Assembly (NCBI GenBank): GCA_951804945.1
Contig: OX638164.1
Span: 25,048,001-25,112,000, forward strand
From: Podarcis cretensis
Taxonomy: Eukaryota
Direction of reading: 5' to 3'
DNA length: 64,000 nt
Positions 39,861 to 54,399 of this stretch are shown here, piece after piece (the first letter of the stretch is position 1; each line of letters opens with the position of its first letter). A program made the position numbers and the translations under genes. Under the pieces are notes generated by a model, which saw nothing but the letters and a program-made list of their open reading frames with translations, had not been told where the DNA came from and did no database searches.

Positions 39861-40217
39861 CAGTGGTGCCCCGCAAGACGAACGCCTCGCAAGACGGAAA
39901 ACCCGCTAGACGAAAGGGTTTTCCGTTTTGGAGGCGCTTCGCAAAATGAATTTCCCTATGGGCTTGCTTCGCAAGACGAAATGTCTTGCGAGTTCCTGCG
40001 GGTTTTTCCCCCATCCCCCCCCCCTTTTCCTAAGCCGCTAAATGGCTTATCAGCTGATCCGCTGATAAGCCGCTTATCAGCTGATCCGCTAAAAGCCGCT
40101 AAACCGCTAATAGCGCTAATCCGCTAAGCTGTCAATGGGCTTGCTTCGCAAGACGAAAAAACCGCTATACGAAGAGCCTCACGGAACGGATTAATTTCGT
40201 CTTGCGAGGCACCACTG
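39861..40217. mobile_element. Tc1/mariner-type MITE, CpG-intact
   Basis: TIR CAGTGGTGCCCCGCAAGACGAA / TTCGTCTTGCGAGGCACCACTG, TA TSD. Confidence 0.85.
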
Positions 40218-43200
40218 TATTGGAAACTGTGGTGAGCTGAATTTGAGATCCTTTTTACTTGCATGCATTGCTATTTTACCACATTTTCAAACTTTCCATG
40301 AAACCATTAGGACTCAGAAGTTTCAAAATGAAAGCTTGGGGTCCCAGGATTTGTTACAGGAACCTGGGTGTGTTTGCCCATCCCAGTGGACCTAATTAAA
40401 GATCAACATCTAAGCACATTTTCTTCATGGCAATGGGGTCTCTTTAGGCAGCAAGCAGTTCATGTTCTTATGTAGCAACCTGGCAGTCAAGACTCTTTTT
40501 TTTTTATAGGCAGCTTTTGAATTTTCTCTAAGATACTCTAATTGAAATGCAGAAGTAGGCTTCACAAGTTTTCCACATTCTGAAGTGCAAGTTTCATTCG
40601 AAGGAAGTGACAGGGGACTCTTTCACAACAGGCTTTGATAGGCTGCCTCAACAATGCGTTCTAGTGTTTTCCTAACACAGCTTCTCACTTTAAGAGACAA
40701 AATTATCAGTACAGAATTTGTTTTAGTACTTTGGGGGCTTTAGTGCTTTATAAGCAGTTTATAACTATAGCCAGTTTGATTTAAAAATCAACATTTCAAA
40801 AAACAAACCTCTTAGTAGTATCAGTTTCCTTCCTGGGTAAGGCTGCGCACAATTTATACACAGAAGAGATATTAAGTATCTGCAGCTTTTTCCTGTATGG
40901 ATTTGTTCCTCTATGCCCTAGAGCTGATGACGAACACAAAATCTTGCTGAGACAGCAACCCCACAAGTCTGGCTGCAAGGAGAGACAACAAATGTTCCAA
41001 GCTCAACACCTTGGCTGCCATTAGAATTTTACTGCAACCTCTCTATATAGGACAGGACATTCAATTCCCATAAAGGGGAAAGGGTTGATTTAAGAATTCA
41101 GGGATATTATAACATGCTACAGAACTTAAACCACATATGTTGTCCTTGACTTCATCTTTGTCAGTCAGTCAGATAATTATATATGAATTTTTGTACCTCA
41201 ATTACTCTGGAGCTGACAGTGGACTAAAATGTACAGCACATCTTTTGAGGCAAGCAGTACTCAAATATGACTGCTTCCATGAAAGATAACAAATCCAAAT
41301 GTATTCCAGAAGATAATCTGTGGCTGAAACTGGCAGCTCCATACACACCCGGGTCAATCTTGGGTTACTGATATCCCACACACACTAGATGCCCCCCTCC
41401 ATTCACTTCTCAGTCTTTGGCTTAGTAAGGAAGTGGGAGCTTTGAGGTTGCAGGATACCACTTAAGAATGCAGACATGGTGAACGTTGCACAGTATTAAT
41501 TTGATCACACACACAAATACAGCAACAACAAAGGATTCCTCCCACTGCCCTCCCACTGTATCTGCTCAGTGCTGTTCAAGGTGGTAAAAAACTCAATGAA
41601 ACCAAGACCACAGCACCTAGCCCAGTGTGACATGCCTACATAATAGATAAAAGCCATTGGCTCATAATGATGTGAACTTTAAATAGATGTGTAAACTGGA
41701 ATTGTTTTGTATGACATCTCTAAAGGCCTCTAAGCAACACACTGTTGCACGTGCGTAAGATATCAAATTTCAGCACAAGTCAACTGCCATTACCACTGAA
41801 TGTCTTGACATCAGTATTATCGCAGCAAGTTAACAGTAAGAGCTACAAGTCTAGAAAAACACACATGATTAACTTGCATGCATAGGAGCATGCAGAGCAC
41901 CCAAGTCTGTTTTCCGTTTTAACCACAGTAGCGGATGCTTTTTGAACAGTGAATTCTGGGGCAGTGGACAAATGAGAAGTGTAACTTTCACCGTGGCAAT
42001 AGTTAAGTGCTGACTTTACTGTCTAGAATCCAGAGTTTAACCTATCATCTCTCCTTCCCTCTCACACACAAAACTTCAATAGAGATCTTAAAAATAATTC
42101 ACAAAGTTTTGACACACTGTTATCCACTAGAAAATTACCAGCTTTCTCTTTGGAACTGGAAGGTGTTTTTAATGATGCACTAATGTCAGGAGGTAATTTT
42201 TAGAACACAGCTTGGCCTACCAAATTGCTTTGTACATATACAGACTCTCCTCCTCCCACACACTTTCTAGCCACAATCTGCCTCGACAGGCAGCTCCTAC
42301 ACCTCAAACTCCTCTTCTCCTTTTGAAGCTTGTACCTCCCATAACTCTTAAAGACAGATCTAAGACTGCCCTTCTTCCTCAAAAGGGGAGGAGAGGGGAG
42401 AGGAGGGAATGCTTTTTACTTATGTCATGGGGAACTTGCCCTGAAAGGCAGCATATAAATACGGGGGGGGGGGGGGAGAGAGAATAAAATGAAAGTTTCC
42501 AATTATGACACACAAGACACATACACCCTCCCTGAGACACTTACATTAGATGATGGGTCTCATAGGCACAGAGCTGAAGTGCATATTTTCTGCATTTTAC
42601 CTTTGCTATGCAAACTTGCTTTACTATGGTTTGCTCTCGTTTGTCAATAATATTTGAACAGAATCAAGTTTACGTTGTACAGTAAATGCTCACACCACCC
42701 ACACCAACACTCCCCCGGCCTCCTGAAGTCAGTGTTCATTACACAATCCGTAACATGCAAAACTACTCAGCAAATACACAAGGGGAAATGCAACCCTATC
42801 AGTTTGACAAACAAAACAAAATGCTGACCTGAACAGAACCACACATAATTCCAGATGCTCCTATAGTTTTGACACTGCTTATGTCTTTCAGAGATTGGTA
42901 AAGGAGCATGATTTGTCCTGGCCTTGACGCAAATGTTAAAGCTAAACCATAAAGTAAGCATAAAGTAAGGGACAATCCCCTCCCTGCTTCTTTAGCTACA
43001 TGATTGGAGCTGGGGGAATAGCAGATTTCAAACAATGTGGAAACAAGCCCTTGCTCCACGCCCGCAACCTGGAGCACTCAGTGCCCAAAACAAAGCCCAG
43101 GGTTCCTCCACGCCATGAAGATTGTCTCCTCCTGTTGCTGCAATCTCAAGGTTGGGAAACAGCTTGGGGTTGGTCACACATGCTAGAGAGCACCCATCCA

Positions 43201-43961
43201 CCATGTTGAACAAGTTGTAATAGACCCTTGTCTCAAACCACAAAGCTAAATACTTCTCTTTTCACCCCCATCCCCTTTTCCCCCAGCTTGTTAAAAATTA
43301 GCCATGAAATATTGCTGAGGAACCTGTTGGATAGCTAAGCTTAGCAATACAATTCTCATTCTGGCTTAGGACCTGGCTATTTGAGGGATCATCTACACCC
43401 ATACAAACCTGCCCAGGTGTTAACATCTGCCCGAGTCCCTCCTTGCAGGCTCATCATCAGGATCCATTGACTAATGGGCAACAGCAGCCCTGTATCTTTG
43501 GAGTAGGTATAATTGTTTTTCACTCAATATTATTCGTATGATAATACCAACATACTTTACTTGGTTATTGCAAAACTTGCTGATATTATGTGTAAAATAC
43601 TATGAATGCTAAAGCAAAACATTAGCCATGTATATAATATAAATTCTCCAGCGCGTTAACAGGCTTGTGAGCTACATGCATCTGTCATGAATATTAACTG
43701 CATCTCCAGACCTTTTCTACTTCCACCTCCAGTTCTTAATAATTACTTGAAATTATACCATCGATTTCACCAACAAGACATCACACAAAATAGCAAGCCC
43801 AACTTACAGTCAAGAACTTCCAGAGAAACATTATGTTCTGAAAGAAACCATAAGAGTTCATAAGAACCCAAGAACCACTGAAATAAGAAGAGTTTCAAGA
43901 GTGCTCTCCAACGACCCACTTGGATTTTAATACTACAAGCAATTAAGAACACAAAACGTTA

Positions 43962-44210
<249 letters not shown>

Positions 44211-47200
44211 CTAGAAATAAAGAATGAACAAGGATAATGAAATATAAGATTCTAGCTTAACTAGTGCCATCATGTTTGCAAATGCAAGAAACGGATTTAC
44301 AACCAAGATGTCAACATGCTTAACTGAATTCCCAGAAACTCAATATTCATTATGAAAGCCGCAACCTATAATGTGATTCATTTTTATTTGCAAGTTGCAA
44401 CACTACAGGAGGTTATATTCAAACCATGCAAAATACTGAGCCTGAAACATGAGACAAGAAGTAGGTTTAAGAGGTCTATGTTATTTCTGCTAATCTAAAA
44501 AGAATGTTTAAGCTACAATCAAAACAATATTACTGAAATTCAGTGTGAATAAAAATGGATGTTGTTAACTTAAAATATCAGATTAAAATTTAAGATTTCT
44601 CTTTTTCATTGTAAATACTAACTTTATCTTTAAGATCAACTTGGTTACTATTAATCTGAATAAAAGCATGGTAACTACAGTTAATAAACTACTTCACATG
44701 AAAAACATGAGGCTGAGGTTTATGGATTTCCCCTCCACTATCATCCTCTTCCAAAGACAGGAGTTAGTTGAAAATGGAAGCAAATGATTCAGATCTCCTA
44801 GCAGCTGTGCTGGAGTGGGGAACACAGGCCAACAATGGTTCAGCAATATGTGCAACCTAGACCAATCTCTCAACTGAATCAATATCCTCTACCAGACACA
44901 GGAACTTAAGGGAGGCTTTGCTGTGTAAATGAATAATCAATCTGATCATAAACATTCTCATTCTCACCTAATAAAAATAGTTACTGAGCAAACTGAAGCA
45001 GTCTATCAGACTTTGCTTTTATCTCTCCATCATGGGCATCTCATTCTTGTTTGCTACTTAAATAGTGATGAAAGAACTACATGATACTCCTGCTCACTGC
45101 AGACTTGCTCAATCTAGTGAGCATCCAAATCAATGTATGTTATTGTGCAAAAGGTTTGTGGCTGATATGGTACACACCCAAACGTTTATACTGATTGAGC
45201 ATTTTAAAAGTTGAGATGATCAACCATAGAGTAGCCATCTATGTCAAATTCTGCAAGGTATGTGAGATTCGCCTATAAGCACTGATGGCACTTGGCACCC
45301 AAACTATCAGAAAGGAAATGGACCTGAATATATGATCAATTATTCATATTAAATGCAGCTCTAGAAGACTGACAAACACTATGCTGATCCACATCCCAAA
45401 TGCAGTACTTTGTTGAGGTACCGCAAATAGCTTTATAGTGGGTACAGTATTAAAATGAGCAACTTGCCCAGCTCCCCAAGTCTAAAGAATTTACTATATA
45501 TTGGAACAACCAAACAGAAGACTTTATTTGGAAAATACTGGATCAGTAATCCAAGCAACCAACAGCAACGAATACCCCCAAAGAGTAAATCTTTTCCTCT
45601 CTGCAGATCGTAGATGTTTTACAAGAACAGCAGTTACCATTCTGGACAAGAGTTTCACCTGTTACTATGGATGGGTCCTATCCAGGCTCTAACTATGGGC
45701 TTGGCCCAATGTTGGCACACATCATCTTCTATCAGTTTGTTTCACAACCAGTGCATCATATCAACAACCATTCACCTTCATGAGATGTGTGTAATTCATA
45801 GCGGTACTTTTTTCTCATTAACCATTACAACCAGGATTCAACAACTGCACAAATTCTGTGCATTCACTGGAACTCTGGACTTCTTGCACAGCATCTTGCT
45901 GCACGCTTTCGCAAAATGGCATTCAAAGAAGAACCAACTCAAGTATTTTATCAACCTGTGAGCAGAGAGCAGAGCCACACCAACTAGCTCCCCACTTGAT
46001 GTTGCACACTCCAAGTAGCTCCCTGCCCAAGAATTTCTGTAAACAGCACAAATTCCTGCAAGGAGAGAACCTTTGAGTGTACAGCTGTGTACAAGTGATG
46101 TCCTTCATGGGGTTCATGGGATTGGCAAGCCCAAAAAATTAGGGCTTCCAGACTATGGGAAAGGCTCTACGTACACAGCTGCAGGTGTGAAAGCTCAACT
46201 CTGCAGATGTTTTCAATATGTGTATGAATGTCATGGCTACACAGTGTGCAATCCTGGGGTGAGGCTACTTAGCATGGCCCGACTCCCATGCTGCTATAAT
46301 TCATGAGTTATTCTTCTGAAAGAGCTTCTGAAATCGTGAGGAGTTTCCAAATCAGTTTATGGTGCAGCATGGAAGTCTGTTATTTAAAGTGAGGAACTTG
46401 CCCCACATCCCCAAATGTTGAGTATGGCACTTACTACAAGAACTTCATGTTGAATACCAACACTTTTTTTCTTTTTCTTTCTTTTTGTTTTAAAGCACTG
46501 CTAAAATGGAAGTGAAAACTTCCAAACTGCTCCTCATCACCACGCTGGAAGAGATAGACAAAAGCAAAGGGGAGCCCAAAATTCCCTGCAGCTTGTTCAA
46601 TCAATCAATCAACCAATCAATCCTAAGCTAAGCCTCAGCATTATGTCTGAACCAGACCAGAATGTATGACTTGATCCTCCTTTGAACAAAACAAAACAAA
46701 AACCTGTCTTCAACTTAGCTCCCTTCGTGTGCCCTTGCAGAACACAACTACTGCCAGATGCAATGTTTCACAGCTCTGGGAAATCAGCAGCATACCAGCA
46801 AATTAGCACACACTGCATTCATTCTCCATCTTTGGCTCCTTAGCTGTCTTTTGAAGCCATTTGTTCCTTGGCCATAGTCTGCTAAGTCTTCACATCAAGT
46901 GTGAACATATTTAAAAGAAGCAATTATGGTGTAGGCAAGTACTTTGTGACCATTTCAAGGGGTTTTCCCATGATTATTTGTGAGAATTTATCCTACCTTC
47001 CCCCAAATGTCCAAGGAAGGCTTTTAATTGTTCAGCAGGAAGGAAAAGTAACAAATATAGTGGGCTAGATTCCAGCTGAAAATAATAAGTTTAAAAAATT
47101 AGGCAATATCAGATTCTGAAAACCTTTCCTAGGGTGACAACATAGCTCTTTTTGTCTGATGAACAAAGATAGAGAGAAGGAGAGAGACAAATACCCACAA

Positions 47201-47735
47201 GTTCTTACCCAATGGTTTAAGGAAACCAAACAAAAAAGGGGAAACAGCGAAACTAATTTTATGCCTAGTGTGCAGAGCAAAAATACATAAAACGGAAAGG
47301 CACTCTGGGTTCCCCACCTCACCCCAGTTTATTTTTACATGACTAAACAACCTCAAGTTGCTAATTTAATGTTTAATAAGGCACAACAAACAGATGAATT
47401 ACAAGAACTTGTTTACAAACCATAATTTAAAGTTGGGGGTCTATTTTGAAAAGAATAAACCATTATATCTTATATCAGCAAATTGTAACAGAAATTTTAC
47501 AGCTACTTTGTTTATCTGGAAGGAGCTTTCATAGGTTCATGCTATCAAATGCACTGGTAGAGGGAACTTCTTGTTCCTCAGTTCACATACCTTTCTCACC
47601 TATGGCCTTCTTGGTCTAATCGTATGCATCTAATGCATCACATGCATCTAATGAATCAGCCTCTTTGCTATAAATGACCATGCCACATTGAACTAGTTAG
47701 TGTCTAAGGGGCAATAAAATGGACCACTTTCCCCC

Positions 47736-47893
47736 AAACAAAATAAAAATATTCCTTCCAGTAGCACCTTAGAGACCAACTAAGTTGGTCATACCAATAA
47801 CAAACTTAGTTGGTCTCTAAGGTGCTACTGGAAGGAATATTTTTATTTTGTTTCGACTATGGCAGACCAACATGGCTACCTACCTGTAACTAG
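47736..47893. mobile_element. Penelope-like element remnant with inverted terminal duplication
   Basis: ttagttggtctctaaggtgctactgg, as I recall it from reptile Penelope ends, present as a perfect 51-bp inverted repeat. Confidence 0.65.
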
Positions 47894-50685
47894 AACACTT
47901 TCTCCCAGTTATTGGCTATTATTTTTTAAAAAACACTCTCCACAGAACCAAAAACAGGCAGTTTTGGAATGTTTCCTGCTCAGGAAAAAGGCACCCGCCA
48001 TTAGGTTTTATCACAATAGGCACACCACTTTGCTGCTTCCCTGTTGGTAACTATTCTTCATTGAATTCTTAGCAAATAAACTACCTGATTATGCCCCCTT
48101 CAAGGTATTTAACATGCCAATGGAAATGCTTGCTGCACACCCACGTAAGTATTCATTGTCTAAGCTCAGATCATTCTTCTGCAACAGCTTATTATGTAGT
48201 CTTTCCTCCTTTCCAGTTCAAAACCTCCCAGACTTTCTACAGGTTTTTCCCCCAAATACCAACATGTGCTACACTTCTGCTTTATTCTACTGTAATTTAT
48301 GTTTCAACTCCTAATTATAAACAGCATCATTAAGTTAAAATATATCACCTGCAGCCAAAATATGGAACTATGTATTTCCTGTTCACATTTTATACTCTAA
48401 AAAATGTGCTTTAATCGCCACACATAATGCAGGCAAACTACAAGCAGGATCAAGCCAAGGAAAACAGTTCCCCTGACATTATCTTAGGAAAATATATAGG
48501 ATAGCTACAGGCAGAATAAAGATAATGACTTGCTTACTATTCAGGCAGGAAAAGTACAACGAAGCATTTAATCAAGAGGTTCAGAGTTATGACAGAATCT
48601 GCACCTCACATGGAGGCCTGACCCATGTCAGCATGACACACAGTGGAAACATCTAAAAAACCTTTCACCTCTTGTACTTGCCCCCAAACATAGTGAAAGC
48701 TCACCAACATAGAAGTATGCAGGACAGATGTGCAATGCACTATAAGCACAGTGGCTGAAGTGAGGGATTAAGGAGCTTTCCCCATTAATACACATTAATA
48801 TCAGTGTATCTCACACTTTACAGAGTTTCTTAAGATAGAAAAATGTCTCACTTTGCAGTCTAAAACATGTTATCGCCACCATGTGATGCACAAATACAGG
48901 TAAAAATTTTGTCTACTTCCACATGGATGTTCTAATATTTAAACTGACTACTGGCTGTAGCAAACAATTTTAGTTGATTGCCATCAGTAACTGCTAGACC
49001 ACATTAAGAAATACCATGTAAAAAAGACTAATACATAAAGAAGCAATGTAACTAAAGTGCACTATAAAGTATTGTCTCAATTATCAGCATAATTTGGTCA
49101 GATCTCTGATGTTATTTAAGGAATGGAACATGAATATGTTTTCATTCAAGAATGTGGAAATCCACTGGCCTATCTGCATCTACATTTTCAGAAGGTAAAA
49201 ACCTGAAGTACTAGAAAGAATATCACACAATATACAATGGTGTTAAAATACTTGTACCTCATCTTAAACATATTTACAGTACTTGAAGTCCAATGGATAC
49301 TTTGTCCCTAGCACATATGATTCACATTGTAGCCTTAGGATTTTTTTAAAAAAGACAACTTAACAAGCTTGCCATTCCACTGAGCCTGTGAAATGGATTG
49401 TAAAATTAATTATAAAAGGGTTTGTATACAAATTACAGGCAAGAACCCACCCTCCACCAAATTAAGCTCAAGATTAACTAGGGCAAAACAGAGACTGAAA
49501 GCTCAGCTGTCACCAGCAACATCTACAGCAGGTTTGGAGGTAAGCAGATCAAAGTAAAGGACAGGAAGTAGGACTGCAACATCCTTCGAGCTAAACTTCC
49601 AATGAAAGCAATAGAGAAAAGAAAGAGAGTATAACATCAACAGTCCTCAGTACTCTAAACTCAAACAAATTGTAGGAAAGAGAAACACAAGCATACTGAA
49701 AATGACTTGAATGAGTGATGGGTTGGAAGACAAACCCACTGCATACAAGTACAAATACAAGTAGGAAGTTCAAGCATTCTCCTAGCCTCTTGATGTTTAA
49801 TATGTGGGCTGGTCAGAGCCCAGCACATGTCAGGACTTCTCATAAGGAATCTTCAGAACAGATGTTATGGGAAAAGACTAGGAACTTCTAACAGAATTAT
49901 CCTTTCCGCCTTCCAGAACTACATTTCCCAAGTTTCCATGAGGAAGCCACAACAGCTGAACTGGATCAAAATCAGATTACGGCTAATTTATGGCATAAAC
50001 ATAGCCTTCATCTCACTGTTCCCCCTTTTGAAGTTTTCTTCCTAGGGGAATCCTAGAGTCTGCAAGCTACATTTCTCCAACGCATGTGCTTATGAATAAC
50101 ATTCTGAAACATGTCAGCTCTGTGCCATACCTAGGGTTAACCATCAATATCTCTTGGTCACCCCAGCTTGATGGAAAAACTCAACTAGCAAAAAGGGAAT
50201 TGTCAATCTGCCAGTCACACTTCCCATTTTTTATTAAGCAATGCAAAGCAGCTGTGGTGACTATCACTGCTGAACAAATTCCTCTTCTTTAGTCTAGGTA
50301 AGCATTAAGATTTCCATCAGAAAACTGTATTTACTTATGCAGAAATGAATATAGCATGTATCCCTTCTCTACAACTGTAATGGGCAGCTAAAGTTATAGG
50401 CTACTACTTATATATTTTTTTTCTCAACTAGATTACAGTGTTTGAGAGGAATTAATTTTAAGCATCTGTCACAAGGTGATCAGGATTCTCTATAAGCAGC
50501 TAGGTCATCATTTATTACTGTTTTGACAATCATATCAACCAAATAAATAATAATAATAATATACACACTAACACAGTATTGAGGAACAATGTTGACCAAA
50601 ATATGTATTTACATTAATATATACCAAAATACTCCTACTAATAATATGCAATATACAAATGGTTAGAAAGGAATAAAACAATATA

Positions 50686-50901
50686 CAGTGGCACCTTGGG
50701 TTACATACGCTTCAGGCTGCAGACTCCACTAACCCAGAAATAGTACCTCGGGTTAAGAACTTTGCTTCAGGATGAGAACAGAAATCGCGCTCCGGCGGCG
50801 CAGCAGCAGCAGGAGGCCCCATTAACTAAAGTGGTGCTTCAGGTTAAGAACAGTTTCAGGACCTCCGGAACGAATTAAGTACTTAACCCAAAGTACCACT
50901 G
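50686..50901. mobile_element. Tc1/mariner-type MITE (family A copy)
   Basis: CAGTGG..CACTG TIRs, TA TSD; interior shared with 53468, 59222 and 61519. Confidence 0.85.
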
Positions 50902-53467
50902 TATATATATTAAAATACAACTGGTTCAAAGTACTGATACATTTAGGTAGTCAGTTTACATTCACCAAAAGGCATCATTTGAAGTTTTCATCAATATGTT
51001 ACTGGACCAGTTCATTTCACCTTTACCTTCATTAGAAGGCAGAATTCCTGCATCAGAGAATCATTGCTCAAAATCTGTTAGCAGTGTAGGTCAGTTAACT
51101 CCCAGATTTCAACACTTAGGCAAATCATAAGCAGCTGATAGTGTCACACATTCTGTAAAGGAAGAAATTTCCTTAAAACTCAATTGTAGACTTTGCAAAT
51201 CAGTTTTGCCTCTCTGCATTGGGTGCCAAGATCACTGCTTGATCTCCGGCAGGGGGACGGGGACAGGAACTGGGGTGTGCAACTCTTCTTTTCCCATAAG
51301 CTGCTGAGTTAAATCAAGACAGCAGTTTTAGGCATGCTGAACGCAGTGGGACTGCTACTGGTACAGCAGCCATAGATTGCATCTTGAGATCCACCTCTAG
51401 AATTCTATGCACTGCCCACTTCCTTTTCTGGACCCAAAGAAAGCCATTAACAAGGCTACATATAACTGTTGTGTGGAAAAGAAGAGGTGGTACCTATATG
51501 CTTCAAAAGCAGTTATGATGGGATCTACACAGCAATGAATATCATTTTCCTGGAGGAAAGAGTAAACGACAACATATTCTGAAGTAATTTACAACAGGCT
51601 TCCAAATATATTTATTCTTAGGTCACCAATACAATGTATTGAAAAGTATCTGGTTTTCAATTCATTTATAGCTCAAATCTATATAAACTTAATATTTCCA
51701 CTCATATACTCTGGCAGCAAAATAAGCCTTATTTTGCTCAGGCATATCTGTGAGACAGTACCATACTGCAAGAACATAAGAAGGGCCCTTCTAGATCAGA
51801 CTAATCAAGTCTAGCATCCTATTTCCTACAGTGGCCAACCAGATGTCTTTATGATAATCAAAAGCAGGTCAAAAGCTGGTGTTCAACAGCCTCTGATTCT
51901 GTTGATGGCATAAAGCCACCATGACCAGCAGCCATTGACAGTCATATCCTCTAGGAATTTGTCTATGAAAAAATACTTGCATTTGTACTTGGACCTCCCG
52001 CCATTCATCTTCACTGGATAACCCCAGATTCTAATATTAAGAAAGAGGGAGCAAACATCACTTTCTCAATGCCAGGCATAATTTTATAAATTTACATCCT
52101 CCCCAAAAGACACTAGTGGTTTCCTAAAACTTGACTATTTGAGTACTCAGGACCATGCAATATGCTAACTTGTGAGCATGTCCTTTGTGTTAAAACTAAT
52201 GCAACCTATTAATGCAACTTCTGTTTTATCAGCCATCTTGATCACACGAGCTGGAATACCACATCCACTTGATAAAATGATTATTAAATATTTAACGTTA
52301 TTTTTATCTGTATTTTCCATCTACCACAACTTAATGGCACACTTGTCAAACTACACCAGAATCCAGAGTCCAGCAGTAATGACTACCTGACAAATCAATA
52401 GAACACAGTCAAATGGATTGATGTATTATACTGGAACGATCAAGAACACAGAGACTGGTCTAAATCCTACAAAAGCTGGAGCATCTCTTAAAGCTCCAGT
52501 TTCCCATAGTTTAGCACAAGTTCATGCTTCCAAAGTAGGATTATGAAGACTGCAAAGCTTTCTTTTGTGCTACTCTACTGCTCTGAGCCATGATATCACA
52601 ATAAACAACTTCCTGTCTAGCAAACAGTTTGAGCTTTGTAGCACTCTAAACATGCCTTCATGAGGGTTCAGAGCAGGCCTAGAAGCAAATGGGCAAGTCT
52701 ACCCTTTCACAGCACATTGCCCAAGAACTACGCAGGAAGGTCCTGTTCCTCTACTGCTCCCGTCCTTCACCCTTTAGGCACATTTCTCCTAAAAAAGGAC
52801 ACTAAGGTCAGCAAACATAGTTGCTATCCTGTGAATGTGAACTGTTATTTTGAAACCTTTAATCAGGAAGTCTGAGCAAACTTCTGTGATGGTTTCATTA
52901 AAATAGGGGAAATAACATGGAAAAAAGCTATAGAGAGCTAGAACTTGAGCTGCTTTAACGGAGCCAATCATTTTATGCTCCTAAATGATCCATCCTACCT
53001 ATTCCCCATGGTCCTTCAGCCTTCCAAATCCATTTCCCAGCTCAAGCTCAGCCACTTCCTATTCCATCAATCCTTTGCCTTGAGCATCAATCTAAGCCCT
53101 CTACAGCAGGCCCTTCTTCAACTTCTTCCTCCAACTCAGCATGCAATCTCAAATCTACCCTCCAACTCCCTGTCGCTCAATTCAACCACTGGGGCCCTTA
53201 CAACCCCTTCCACATTACATCTCCCTCTCCACAGGTCAAGCCATGCACTACCTTAGTCTACCCAGCTCCAGTCCTTTTCATCAGCTAGCAGAAAACGCCT
53301 GCTCCAACTGGATTTGCCCACTTGCTTGCATTCATTCCATGTTACTTTTGCCTCTCCCTCACCCCTCTCCAATTTCTCCCCCTGCTTTACACTAAATAAA
53401 GACTCAACTCCTCAAGGACCACGGCTTGCATCACTTTGTAATGAGCTGAAGTATGCTGATAGCAATA

Positions 53468-53653
53468 CGGTGGTACCTCAGGTTACAGACACTTCAGGTA
53501 CAGACTCCGCTAACCCAGAAATAGTACAGAAATCGCATGGCGGCAGCACAGCGGGAGGCCCCATTAGCCAAAGTGGTACCTCAGGTTAAGAACAGTTTCA
53601 GGTTAAGAATGAACCTCCAGAATGAATTAAGTTCTTAACCCGAGGTACCACTG
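53468..53653. mobile_element. Tc1/mariner-type MITE (family A copy, internal deletions)
   Basis: Shared interior and TIRs. Confidence 0.8.
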
Positions 53654-54252
53654 TACATATGCAATAAGTATGCTGTATGTCACCTCAAACATTTTATCAA
53701 ATGGCAGCTGCTAATTTTACTTCTGATGTCAACGCTAAGCCAACACTAAGCACCTCTCTCCAGCCCTACCTGCCTCACTGCTCTCATTCTGGCCCATCAC
53801 TTCCACTTCTGCCCCTCAGCTCCTAATTTTCCCAGGTCAGCCAGCCTGGATCTATCCAGCCTCACCCTTCTTCTCCAATGGACAGCTGCAAAATAGACTA
53901 TAAAATCTCTTTGCTCTGGAGTGATTTACAATTATTGTCCCATCTCATCTATTACTTATAAAAAGCCTAATATGACTAAGTGCTGTTAAAATTTTTTTTA
54001 ACAAGACAATAACCCACACCGGAAAGCAGTCCCACATTACAAATGGCCAATGAACCTCCCACAAGGCCTTGATGAGGTGAAATGGAGAGATTGAGCCTAC
54101 AGGAAGGGACTTGCACTTTATTATTTTTGTATAGGGATCAGCACATATTAGGCCCTTCATAAATGACGCTGACAGTGACGCTAACCCTTTAACTGTTCCT
54201 GAACTTTGACTGAGCCATCCCAGTTTTTGCAGCTGAACTCGAATTTATTTAA

Positions 54253-54253
<1 letters not shown>

Positions 54254-54297
<44 letters not shown>
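54254..54297. repeat. (ATT)n microsatellite in CBL intron 1
   Basis: Directly visible. Confidence 0.9.
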
Positions 54298-54399
54298 GCT
54301 AATAAAGCGGCTCCCCCCCCCAGACCGAGCTGTTAGCAATCGATTGACTGCCCTCGCAATTCCTCGGGACAGAGTGAAGAAACACACCTACTCTTGCGT

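Noticed and set aside
50086-50292. YLGLTI...ISW motif resembling a LINE RT C-terminal region
   Set aside because: Too short and decayed to assign family or boundaries by eye
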